Source of the DNA: an uncultured Prevotellaceae bacterium
Lineage (GTDB): Bacteria; Bacteroidota; Bacteroidia; Bacteroidales; Bacteroidaceae
Length of the DNA: 64,000 bases
Assembly (NCBI GenBank): GCA_947174945.1
Contig: CAMWKZ010000011.1
Location: 4,374 to 68,373, forward strand
Direction of reading: 5' to 3'
In this document: one piece after another, positions 29,400-37,870 of the stretch
Layout of the letters: every line of letters begins with the position of its first letter
How positions within the stretch are numbered: the first letter of the stretch is position 1
Position numbers and translations under genes: made by a program
The notes under the pieces: generated by a model
Database searches by the model: none
The model's input: only the letters and a program-made list of their open reading frames with translations
What the model was told of the DNA's origin: nothing

Positions 29400-29509
29400 G
29401 GTAAGAACCAGCCCTTCTTTTGGAGGGAACCGACCCCTCTCGTGGAAAGAACGGTTCTTTCTCATAGTTTGAGCCGTTCTTTCTCGTGGTAAGAACCGTT
29501 CTTTCCCCA
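29400..29509. repeat. 22-bp tandem array, family B, copy 1 (5 units; consensus GGWAAGAACCGTTCTTTCTCGT, palindromic core)
   Basis: GAAC/GAGC at 29405, 29427, 29449, 29471 and 29493. Confidence 0.88.
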
Positions 29510-29595
29510 AGAGGGCTACAGACCCTAAAAAACAACGCTGCGTTAAAAAACATGAAAGAACATGATGTTTTATGACATTGCATGTAGTTTTTTAG

Positions 29596-29603
29596 TACCT
29601 TTG
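29596..29603 (+). promoter_or_regulatory. sigmaA -7 box (TACCTTTG) for the M16 peptidase gene
   Basis: Consensus match about 50 nt upstream of the ATG at 29655. Confidence 0.7.
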
Positions 29604-29654
29604 CGCGTCAAATTGGTAAAAATTACTGATACATTTAACATTAAATAGGTAACG

Positions 29655-32480
29655 ATGAAACTAAGAAAACTATTTGTAGCTGTGCTGACACTGCTCGGCA
29701 CAACAGCTATGGTGGCCCAGCCGATGCAGCTGCCACCCATCCCCGTCGACCCCGCCGTGCGCATTGGCAAGCTGGACAACGGGCTGACTTACTACATTCG
29801 TCACAATGAGTACCCCGAGCGCGTGGCCAACTTCTATATTGCCCAGCGTGTTGGCTCTATTCAGGAGGAGGAGTCGCAGCGCGGTCTGGCCCACTTCTTG
29901 GAGCACATGGCCTTCAACGGCTCAGAGCATTTCAAGGGCAACGGTATTATCGACTTTACCCGCTCGCTGGGTGTCGAGTTTGGTAGCGACCTGAATGCCT
30001 ACACCTCTATCGACCAGACCGTCTATCGCGTTTGCAACGTGCCCACTAAGCGCGCCACCGCCCTCGACTCGTGCCTGCTCATTCTGAAGGACTGGTCAAA
30101 CGGCTTGCTGTTAGAGGCTGACGAGATTGACAAGGAGCGCGATGTTATTCACAACGAGTGGCGACTGGGCGAAGGCCCCTCGCAGCGCATGATTCAGCGT
30201 GCCCTGCCGAAGATGTACCCCGGCTCAAAGTACGGCGAGCGACTGCCCATCGGCCTGATGTCGGTCGTCGACAGCTTCCGTCCGCAGACCCTCCAAGCCT
30301 ACTACCAAAAGTGGTATCGCCCCGATAATCAGGCCATCATCGTGGTGGGCGACGTAGATGTAGACCACATCGAGGCCAAGATTAAGGAGCTTTTCAGCGG
30401 CATCAAGGTGCAGGCCGATGCTCCGAAGGTGGTGGCTGAGCCTGTTCCCGACAACAGTGAGGCCATCTACATTTTCGAGAAGGACAAGGAGATGCAGATG
30501 TCAAACGTCTATGTCATGATGAAGCACGACGCCACGCCCGAGGAGGAGAAGGCTAACATGGGCTATCTCGTTCAGGACTATGCCGTCAGTGTGATTTCGG
30601 AGATGTTCAACCAGCGACTGACGGAGATGACGCAGAATGCCGACTGTCCTTTCTTCCAGGCCTTTGCAGAGGATGCCCAATATTTCCTGTCGAAGACCAA
30701 GGACTGCTTCGAGCTGATTGGCGTTCCCAAGGAAGGTCAGGAGATGGCCACACTGCAGGTGCTCTATCGCGAGGCCAGGCGTGCCCGTGAGTTCGGCTTC
30801 ACCGCCACGGAGTACGAGCGCGCCAAGGCCAACTACCTGAGCGGTTTGGAGAAACGCTACACCAACCGCGACAAGCGCAAGAATAGCGAGTTTGGCGACG
30901 ACTATCGTGACCATTACCTGACCAACGACCCAATCCCGCCGTTGGAGACACTCTACCAGACCATGCAGCAGCTCGCCCCGAGCATTCCTGTACAGGCCAT
31001 CAACCAAATGTTGCCCGAGTTGATTTCCGTTACCGACAGCAACTTGGTGGTTACGGTGTTTGCTCAGGAGAAGGAAGGCAAGGCCTATCCCACCGAGCAG
31101 GACATGGCTGCCGCCATTGCCGCCGCTCGTGCTGAGAAGATTGAGGCTTACGTGGACAACGTAAAAGACGAGCCGCTGCTCGATGCTGCCAAGATAAAGA
31201 AGGGCAAGATTAAGAAGGTAGTCGAGAATAAACAGCTGGGCTATCAGGAGCTGAAGCTCTCCAACGGTGCCACCGTCATCCTGAAGAAGACCGACTTCAA
31301 GGACGACGAGGTGCAGATGCAGGCATTCTCGAAGGGTGGCAAGTCGCTCTACGGCGAGGCTGACTATACTAACTTGAAGGTATTCGACACGGCCATCGGC
31401 ATGAGCGGACTGGGCAGCTTCTCAAGCACCGAGCTGCAGAAGGCACTGGCCGGTAAGGAGGTCAACGCCGACATCTCGCTGGGTAACACCCGCCAGTACC
31501 TGACGGCCCATTCTACACCGAAAGACCTCGAGACCATGTTCCAGATGGCCTACCTCTACTTCACCGACATTAAGAAGGACGAGAAGCAGTTCCAGAACCT
31601 GATGACGCAGCTCGACATGGCACTGAAAAACAAGTCGCTGTCGCCCGATGCCGTATTCTCCGACTCTGTGGTCAACACCATATACAGCCACAATCCCCGT
31701 TTCGCCAACATCGACGTAAAGGACTTGAAGGATATTAACTACGACCGCATCCTCGCCATCGCCAAGGAGCGTTTCCAGAATGCCGGCCAGTTCACCTTCG
31801 TCATTACGGGCAACTTCAACGAGCAGACCATCCGCCCGCTCATCGAGCAGTACGTTGCCTCGCTGCCTGCCACCAAGAAAAAGGCTGAGGACTTCAACGA
31901 GATTATGACACTGGCCAAGGGTGAGGTGGTCAACCACTTCAAGGTGCAGACCGAGTCGCCCAAGGCTACGGCCCGTGAGCTGTGGTATGCCGATATGCCT
32001 CATACGCTGGACAACATCGTGAAGATTGACGCCGTGGGTCAGCTGCTCTCCATGGTCTATCTGAAGACCATTCGCGAGGACGAGAGTGCCGCCTACTCTT
32101 GCGGTGCTGCCGGTGGCTTCAACCTGAGCAGCCGTCAGCCGAAGGCACAGTTGCAGGCCTACTGCCCCATGAATCCCGACAAGTCTGAGCTGGCTGTCCG
32201 TCTGCTCCACGAGGGCATTGCCAACGCTGCCAAGCAGATTGACGCCGACCTGTTGCAGAAGGTCAAGGACTACATGCTGAAGCAGGCCGACATTGATGCC
32301 AAGAAGAACGGCTACTGGGTTAACACCATTACCACGTTCAAGGATGAGGGGCTCGACGTGTACACCGACTATAAGAAGACCGTTGAGGCACTGACCACCG
32401 AGTCGGTACGCGACTTCCTCAACGAGCTGCTGAAGAGCGGCAACCACGTTGAGGTGGTCATGACCCCGGAGGCCAAGTAA
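29655..32480 (+). CDS. Periplasmic M16 zinc peptidase (PqqL-like)
   Basis: Signal peptide, GKLDNGLTYYI, inverted zinc motif GLAHFLEHMAFNGS, NAYTS, four-domain length. Confidence 0.95.
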   Translation: MKLRKLFVAVLTLLGTTAMVAQPMQLPPIPVDPAVRIGKLDNGLTYYIRHNEYPERVANFYIAQRVGSIQEEESQRGLAHFLEHMAFNGSEHFKGNGIIDFTRSLGVEFGSDLNAYTSIDQTVYRVCNVPTKRATALDSCLLILKDWSNGLLLEADEIDKERDVIHNEWRLGEGPSQRMIQRALPKMYPGSKYGERLPIGLMSVVDSFRPQTLQAYYQKWYRPDNQAIIVVGDVDVDHIEAKIKELFSGIKVQADAPKVVAEPVPDNSEAIYIFEKDKEMQMSNVYVMMKHDATPEEEKANMGYLVQDYAVSVISEMFNQRLTEMTQNADCPFFQAFAEDAQYFLSKTKDCFELIGVPKEGQEMATLQVLYREARRAREFGFTATEYERAKANYLSGLEKRYTNRDKRKNSEFGDDYRDHYLTNDPIPPLETLYQTMQQLAPSIPVQAINQMLPELISVTDSNLVVTVFAQEKEGKAYPTEQDMAAAIAAARAEKIEAYVDNVKDEPLLDAAKIKKGKIKKVVENKQLGYQELKLSNGATVILKKTDFKDDEVQMQAFSKGGKSLYGEADYTNLKVFDTAIGMSGLGSFSSTELQKALAGKEVNADISLGNTRQYLTAHSTPKDLETMFQMAYLYFTDIKKDEKQFQNLMTQLDMALKNKSLSPDAVFSDSVVNTIYSHNPRFANIDVKDLKDINYDRILAIAKERFQNAGQFTFVITGNFNEQTIRPLIEQYVASLPATKKKAEDFNEIMTLAKGEVVNHFKVQTESPKATARELWYADMPHTLDNIVKIDAVGQLLSMVYLKTIREDESAAYSCGAAGGFNLSSRQPKAQLQAYCPMNPDKSELAVRLLHEGIANAAKQIDADLLQKVKDYMLKQADIDAKKNGYWVNTITTFKDEGLDVYTDYKKTVEALTTESVRDFLNELLKSGNHVEVVMTPEAK

Positions 32481-32505
32481 AAGGTTTAGGACAATACGAT
32501 ATTTT

Positions 32506-32547
32506 AAACGGCGAATTTGTGTAATTCGCCGTTTATTTGTACCTTTG
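32506..32547 (+). promoter_or_regulatory. metK promoter (TTTG-N20-TACCTTTG) overlapped by a 12-bp inverted repeat (probable upstream terminator)
   Basis: AAACGGCGAATT-TGTGT-AATTCGCCGTTT at 32506-32534; TTTG at 32516-19 and TACCTTTG at 32540-47. Confidence 0.7.
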
Positions 32548-32578
32548 CAACCGAAATCATTAACGTAATTTATAGGAT

Positions 32579-33844
32579 ATGTCTTATTTGTTCTCATCAG
32601 AGTCAGTGTCAGAAGGCCATCCCGACAAGGTGGCCGACCAGATAAGCGATGCCATACTGGACCAGTTTCTGGCTTACGACGAGCACGCCCGTGTGGCCTG
32701 TGAGTCGTTTGTCACCACGGGTCAGGTAGTCATCATGGGCGAGGTGCGCAGCGAAGTGTACATCGACCTGCAGACCATTGCTCGCAACACCATCAAGAAG
32801 ATAGGCTACACAAAGGCCGAATACCAGTTCGACGGTAATTCGTGCGGCATCATGACCGCTATCCACGAACAGAGCGACGATATCAACCGCGGTGTGGACA
32901 ATGGCGACGAGGACGAGCAGGGGGCTGGCGACCAAGGCATGATGTTCGGCTATGCCACCAACGAGACGGAGAGCTTCATGCCCGTGTCGCTCGACTTGGC
33001 GCATCTCATTATGCGCACGCTGGCCGAGATTCGCAAGGAGGGCAAGGAGATGACCTACCTGCGCCCCGATGCTAAAAGTCAGGTGACGGTTCAGTATAGC
33101 GATGCCGGTGTTCCCGAGCGCATCGATACCATTGTCGTTTCTACCCAGCACGACGAGTTTGACTCGGACGACGAGCGAATGCTCAACAAGATTAGGGAGG
33201 ATGTCATCAACATCCTGATACCGCGTGTGAAGTCGAAGATACATTCCCAGAAGGTGCTCGACCTCTTTGGCCTTGACATCAAGTATTACGTCAACCCGAC
33301 GGGTAAGTTTGTCATCGGTGGCCCTCATGGCGACACAGGACTGACGGGTCGCAAGATTATCGTCGACACTTACGGTGGCAAGGGAGCCCACGGTGGCGGT
33401 GCCTTCTCGGGCAAGGACTCGTCGAAGGTTGACCGCTCGGCAGCCTACGCCGCCCGCCACATAGCTAAGAACATGGTGGCAGCAGGCGTGGCCGACGAAA
33501 TGCTGGTACAGCTCAGCTACGCCATTGGCGTGGCCAAGCCCATGAACATCTACGTCAACACCTATGGCCGCAGTCATGTCGATATGACCGACGGCGAGAT
33601 TGCCCGTCGCATAGAGAAACTCTTCGACCTGCGCCCCAAGGCTATCGAGCGCCAGCTGAAGCTGCGCCAGCCCATGTATCTCGAGACCGCTGCTTACGGT
33701 CACATGGGCCGCCAGTCGGAGGTGGTGAAGAAGACGTTTGAAAGTCGCTACCACGAGACGAAGACCGTCGACGTGGAGCTCTTCACGTGGGAGAAACTGG
33801 ATAGGGTAGAGGATATTAAGCGCGAATTTGCATTTACATTGTAA
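32579..33844 (+). CDS. metK: S-adenosylmethionine synthetase
   Basis: [33 protein letters not shown]. Confidence 0.99.
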   Translation: MSYLFSSESVSEGHPDKVADQISDAILDQFLAYDEHARVACESFVTTGQVVIMGEVRSEVYIDLQTIARNTIKKIGYTKAEYQFDGNSCGIMTAIHEQSDDINRGVDNGDEDEQGAGDQGMMFGYATNETESFMPVSLDLAHLIMRTLAEIRKEGKEMTYLRPDAKSQVTVQYSDAGVPERIDTIVVSTQHDEFDSDDERMLNKIREDVINILIPRVKSKIHSQKVLDLFGLDIKYYVNPTGKFVIGGPHGDTGLTGRKIIVDTYGGKGAHGGGAFSGKDSSKVDRSAAYAARHIAKNMVAAGVADEMLVQLSYAIGVAKPMNIYVNTYGRSHVDMTDGEIARRIEKLFDLRPKAIERQLKLRQPMYLETAAYGHMGRQSEVVKKTFESRYHETKTVDVELFTWEKLDRVEDIKREFAFTL

Positions 33845-33846
33845 AG

Positions 33847-34863
33847 TTGATACGGCAAGACAGCATACAGCAGTACGACATAACGGTGGAGGGCGACGCA
33901 GCAGTTGCCGTCCACCGTCCGCTTACTCCCGCTCAGGTGCTGCGCTGGCTGTCTCCTAATGCCACGCCCGCCCAGCAGGACTCTGCCATTCAGGCCCACT
34001 TCGAACCGGGCGAGATACGCTGGAGCCAGCGTCCTGACACGCTCCATCTGCCAGGTCATGACAAGGGGCACAACCTGCTGGATGTCGATTTGCCGCAGTA
34101 TTATCGCGAGGGCTTCTTCTCCAAGGACACGCTTTTCCACCCCGAACTGCCCGGTGGCCGTTTTGGCGTGGCGGGCGACCCCGTACCCTACACGGTTCAT
34201 GGCGACAACGTACTGACCTCGTTGTTGCTTTTCTGCTTCATGCTGACCGTAGTGGCCTTCACTGGGGTCAAGGACTTTTTCCTGCGCCAGACCAAGAACC
34301 TCCTCTATGCCTACCGTGAAGAGTCGTCGGAGTTCACCGAGACAGCCTCCGAGGTGCGCTTTCAGGCATACATGGTGATGCTGGCTGCCTTCCTTATCTC
34401 ACTGCTCTATTACTTCTATACCCTCCATTACATAGGCGACACCTTTATCCTCAAGTCCCAGTATTACCTGATTGGGGTCTATATGGCCATTGTCGTGGCC
34501 TACTTCTTGCTAAAGGCCGTCCTCTATCTACTGGTAAACAACGTGTTCTTTGACGGTAAAAGAATCCGACAGTGGAACCGTTCTCTGCTGTTCGTTACGT
34601 CCGTGGAAAGTATCTTATTGTTCCCTGCGGTCATGCTGCAGTCGTACACAAGCATATCCATTGAAAGTGTAGAACTTTATTTTACGTTGGCACTCATAAC
34701 CGTTAAAATACTGACTATTTATCAGTGCTATAATATCTTTTTTCGGCGAAATGTCGTTAAAGTGCAGATTATTTTGTACTTTTGTGCGCTCGAATTGATA
34801 CCGTTGCTCATGCTATGGGGCATACTGGACATCACTGCGAAGTTTTTGAAAATAAATTATTAG
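33847..34863 (+). CDS. DUF4271-family membrane protein
   Basis: C-terminal multi-TM region ending IILYFCALELIP; sits in the usual Bacteroidota position before hemD. The TTG start is uncertain. Confidence 0.75.
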   Translation: MIRQDSIQQYDITVEGDAAVAVHRPLTPAQVLRWLSPNATPAQQDSAIQAHFEPGEIRWSQRPDTLHLPGHDKGHNLLDVDLPQYYREGFFSKDTLFHPELPGGRFGVAGDPVPYTVHGDNVLTSLLLFCFMLTVVAFTGVKDFFLRQTKNLLYAYREESSEFTETASEVRFQAYMVMLAAFLISLLYYFYTLHYIGDTFILKSQYYLIGVYMAIVVAYFLLKAVLYLLVNNVFFDGKRIRQWNRSLLFVTSVESILLFPAVMLQSYTSISIESVELYFTLALITVKILTIYQCYNIFFRRNVVKVQIILYFCALELIPLLMLWGILDITAKFLKINY

Positions 34864-34870
34864 GACATTG

Positions 34871-35620
34871 ATGATAAAGAAGATTCTGGTTTCGCAACCG
34901 AAACCGTCAAGTGAGAAGTCGCCGTATTACGACATTGCCTCGAGGTTCGGGGTCGAGCTTGTGTTCCGTCCCTTTATTAAGGTAGAAGGGCTTACCGCCA
35001 AGGAGTTTCGTACACAGAAGGTCAATATCCTCGACTTTACGGCTATTGTATTCACGTCGCGTCATGCCATAGACAATTTCTTCAGCTTGGCTAAGGAGAT
35101 GCGTGTCGCTATTCCTGAGGACATGAAGTATTTCTGCGTGACGGAAACCATCTCGCTTTATATCCAGAAATACGTGCAGTATCGTAAGCGCAAGGTGTTC
35201 TTCGGAACGACGGGCAAGATAGACGACCTGATACCAACTATGGCCAAGCACAAGCAAGAGAAATACCTCGTACCCCTAAGCGATGTCCATAACGATTCCG
35301 TGGGCAAGATGCTTGATGCCAAGAAGCTGCATCACCGCGAGTGTGTCATGTACCGTACCGTTAGCAATGACTTTACTCCCAAGGAAGTGAGCGACTTCGA
35401 CTATGATATGCTGATATTCTTTAGCCCCTCTGGTATCGAGGCGCTGACCAAGAATTTCCCTGACTTCAAGCAGGGTGACATTGCCATTGCCACCTTTGGC
35501 CCCGCTACGGCAAAGGCTGCCAAGGAAGCTGGCTTGCGCCTTGACATCGAGGCTCCTACGGAGAAATATCCTTCTATGACGGGAGCGCTTCAGCACTATT
35601 TGTTGGAGAAAGAGGACTAA
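34871..35620 (+). CDS. hemD: Uroporphyrinogen-III synthase-like protein
   Basis: ILVSQPKP, IVFTSRHA, YRTV, LIFFSPSG, TFGPATA. Confidence 0.88.
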   Translation: MIKKILVSQPKPSSEKSPYYDIASRFGVELVFRPFIKVEGLTAKEFRTQKVNILDFTAIVFTSRHAIDNFFSLAKEMRVAIPEDMKYFCVTETISLYIQKYVQYRKRKVFFGTTGKIDDLIPTMAKHKQEKYLVPLSDVHNDSVGKMLDAKKLHHRECVMYRTVSNDFTPKEVSDFDYDMLIFFSPSGIEALTKNFPDFKQGDIAIATFGPATAKAAKEAGLRLDIEAPTEKYPSMTGALQHYLLEKED

Positions 35621-35645
35621 TAATATAAATAAGGTAGAGGCACTG

Positions 35646-36041
35646 ATGCTCACCGTTTCCCGTTCACTGTTTCCCAAGCAAGAGCGTATGGTCAGTCGGC
35701 AGCTGATTGAATTGCTCTTCAACGGAGGTTCCAGCCGCTCTACGGCTATTTTCCCCCTGCGAATAGTCTATGTGACTCGGGAGCGGCCTCAGGATGGTGC
35801 GCCAGTGCAACTGCTTGTAAGTGTTTCCAAGAAACGCTTTAAGCACGCAGTCGACCGTAACAGAGTGAAGCGCCAGCTTCGGGAGGCGTATCGTCGCCAT
35901 AGTTACCTGCTTCATGAGGCACTGCCTGAAGACAAGCAACTGCTGGTGGCCTGCGTGTGGCTGTCTGACCGCCATGAGGATTCGGCAGCTATCGAACAGA
36001 AACTGCTGACGCTCATCCAGCGAGTAACGGGGAAGCTATGA
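35646..36041 (+). CDS. rnpA: Ribonuclease P protein component
   Basis: [26 protein letters not shown] (RNR motif). Confidence 0.95.
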   Translation: MLTVSRSLFPKQERMVSRQLIELLFNGGSSRSTAIFPLRIVYVTRERPQDGAPVQLLVSVSKKRFKHAVDRNRVKRQLREAYRRHSYLLHEALPEDKQLLVACVWLSDRHEDSAAIEQKLLTLIQRVTGKL

Positions 36042-36280
36042 AAACGCTGTGGCACTACATATCTCAGGCATTAGTATGGCTGTTGGTATTGCCCATCCGC
36101 TTCTATCAACGGGCTATCTCGCCCCTGTTAGGCCCTTCGTGCCGCTTCACGCCCACTTGTAGCGAGTATGCTCGGCAGGCACTCGTTAAGCACGGCCCCT
36201 TCAAAGGCTTGTATCTGGCTGCCTGGCGCCTGTTAAGATGTAACCCGTGGGGCGGCTCCGGCTACGACCCCGTACCGTAA
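36038..36280 (+). CDS. yidD: Membrane protein insertion efficiency factor
   Basis: [10 protein letters not shown]...[17 protein letters not shown]. Confidence 0.97.
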   Translation: MKTLWHYISQALVWLLVLPIRFYQRAISPLLGPSCRFTPTCSEYARQALVKHGPFKGLYLAAWRLLRCNPWGGSGYDPVP

Positions 36281-36308
36281 ATAAGATAAAGAAATAAAAC
36301 ATATAACG

Positions 36309-37604
36309 ATGAAGAACTTTGTAGAAGAACTGAAATGGCGCGGTATGCTGGCACAACTCATGCCAGGAACGGAGGAACTGCTCCAGAAAGAAATGGTAAC
36401 GGCCTATCTCGGTACAGACCCGACAGCCGATTCACTGCATATTGGCCACCTTTGTGGTATCATGATGCTGCGTCACTTGCAGCGTTGCGGCCATAAGCCC
36501 ATCATCCTTGTCGGTGGGGCTACTGGCATGATTGGCGACCCCTCAGGCAAGTCGCAGGAGCGCAACCTCCTGAACGACGAGACGCTGCGTCACAATCAGG
36601 AGTGCATCAAACAGCAGGTTGCCAAGTTCCTCGACTTCGAGTCGAAGGAGCCTAACGCTGCCGAGATGGTGAACAACTACGACTGGATGAAGGACTTTAC
36701 CTTCCTTGACTTCGCCCGCGAAGTGGGTAAGCACATTACCGTTAATTATATGATGGCCAAGGAGTCGGTACAGCAGCGACTGAACGGTACGGCTCGCGAC
36801 GGCCTTTCGTTCACCGAGTTCACCTACCAGCTGTTGCAGGGCTATGACTTCCTGTACCTCTACCAGCACAAGGGTGTCAAGTTACAGCTGGGCGGTAACG
36901 ACCAGTGGGGCAACATGACGACGGGAACCGAGCTTATCCGTCGCACGCTGGGCAACGAGGTAGAAACCTTTGCACTGACCTGCCCGCTGATTACCAAGTC
37001 GGACGGCAAGAAGTTTGGCAAGACCGAGAGCGGCAACATCTGGCTGGACCCCAAGCGCACCACACCGTACAAGTTCTATCAGTTCTGGCTCAACGTCAGC
37101 GACGACGATGCCGAGCGCTACATCAAGATATTCACCTCGTTGGAGAAAGACGTTATCGACGCCCTCGTTGCTGAGCATCAGCAGGACCCGGGCCGCCGCG
37201 TGCTGCAGAAGCGACTGGCAGAGGAGGTGACACTGTTGGTACACTCGCGTGAGGCTCTTGACACTGCCATAGAGGCCAGTAGCATTCTTTTTGGCAAGTC
37301 GACAAAAGAAGGATTGGAGAAACTCGACGAGCAGACGTTCCTCGACGTGTTCGACGGTGTGCCTCAGTTTGAGGTTTCAAAGGAGCAACTGGGCCAGCCC
37401 GCCATCGAACTGCTGACCACCGTAGCCCCCGTGTTCCCCTCGAAGGGTGAGATGCGCAAGATGGTGCAGGGTGGCGGTGTGTCGCTGAATAAGGAGAAGC
37501 TGACCGACCAGAATCGTGTCGTTACAGCTGAGGACCTTATCGACGGAAAGTACCTGCTGGCACAGAAGGGTAAGAAGAATTATTACCTGCTTATCGTTAA
37601 ATAA
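36309..37604 (+). CDS. tyrS: Tyrosine--tRNA ligase
   Basis: [27 protein letters not shown]-terminal S4 domain. Confidence 0.99.
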   Translation: MKNFVEELKWRGMLAQLMPGTEELLQKEMVTAYLGTDPTADSLHIGHLCGIMMLRHLQRCGHKPIILVGGATGMIGDPSGKSQERNLLNDETLRHNQECIKQQVAKFLDFESKEPNAAEMVNNYDWMKDFTFLDFAREVGKHITVNYMMAKESVQQRLNGTARDGLSFTEFTYQLLQGYDFLYLYQHKGVKLQLGGNDQWGNMTTGTELIRRTLGNEVETFALTCPLITKSDGKKFGKTESGNIWLDPKRTTPYKFYQFWLNVSDDDAERYIKIFTSLEKDVIDALVAEHQQDPGRRVLQKRLAEEVTLLVHSREALDTAIEASSILFGKSTKEGLEKLDEQTFLDVFDGVPQFEVSKEQLGQPAIELLTTVAPVFPSKGEMRKMVQGGGVSLNKEKLTDQNRVVTAEDLIDGKYLLAQKGKKNYYLLIVK

Positions 37605-37615
37605 TCGGGAAAAAA

Positions 37616-37647
37616 TTTGGTAGTGGCCTAAAAAACCACTACCTTTG
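37616..37647 (+). promoter_or_regulatory. tRNA-Gln(TTG) promoter (TTTG-N20-TACCTTTG) overlapped by the inverted repeat GGTAGTGG/CCACTACC
   Basis: TTTG at 37616-19, TACCTTTG at 37640-47, stem arms at 37619-26 and 37636-43. Confidence 0.75.
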
Positions 37648-37666
37648 CACCCGTTAGCAAGCCAAC

Positions 37667-37737
37667 TGTCCAATGGTGTAATGGTAGCACAACAGGTTTT
37701 GGTTCTGTTTGTGGTGGTTCGAATCCGCCTTGGACAA
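37667..37737 (+). tRNA. tRNA-Gln (anticodon TTG)
   Basis: Acceptor stem TGTCCAA/TTGGACA, anticodon arm ACAGG-TTTTGGT-TCTGT, T loop GGTTCGAATCC. No encoded CCA. Confidence 0.96.
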
Positions 37738-37870
37738 CCCAAAGAAGTCCATCTACCCATAGGTTTTAGGACTTTTATCTAAAAAATATGGGGTATGTAA
37801 TGCTAAGTGGGACTTTTTTTTGTTTATTATAACATCTAATACAATACAATCACTTTAACAACAAATGCTT

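Noticed and set aside
32548-32578. SAM riboswitch upstream of metK
   Set aside because: Only about 25 nt of leader follow the promoter, with no aptamer-like structure.
31422-33754. Long antisense ORFs (391 aa and 381 aa), and likewise 43821-45068, 5063-5917 and 14727-15644
   Set aside because: Shadow frames opposite well-supported genes with strong codon bias; no recognisable motifs.
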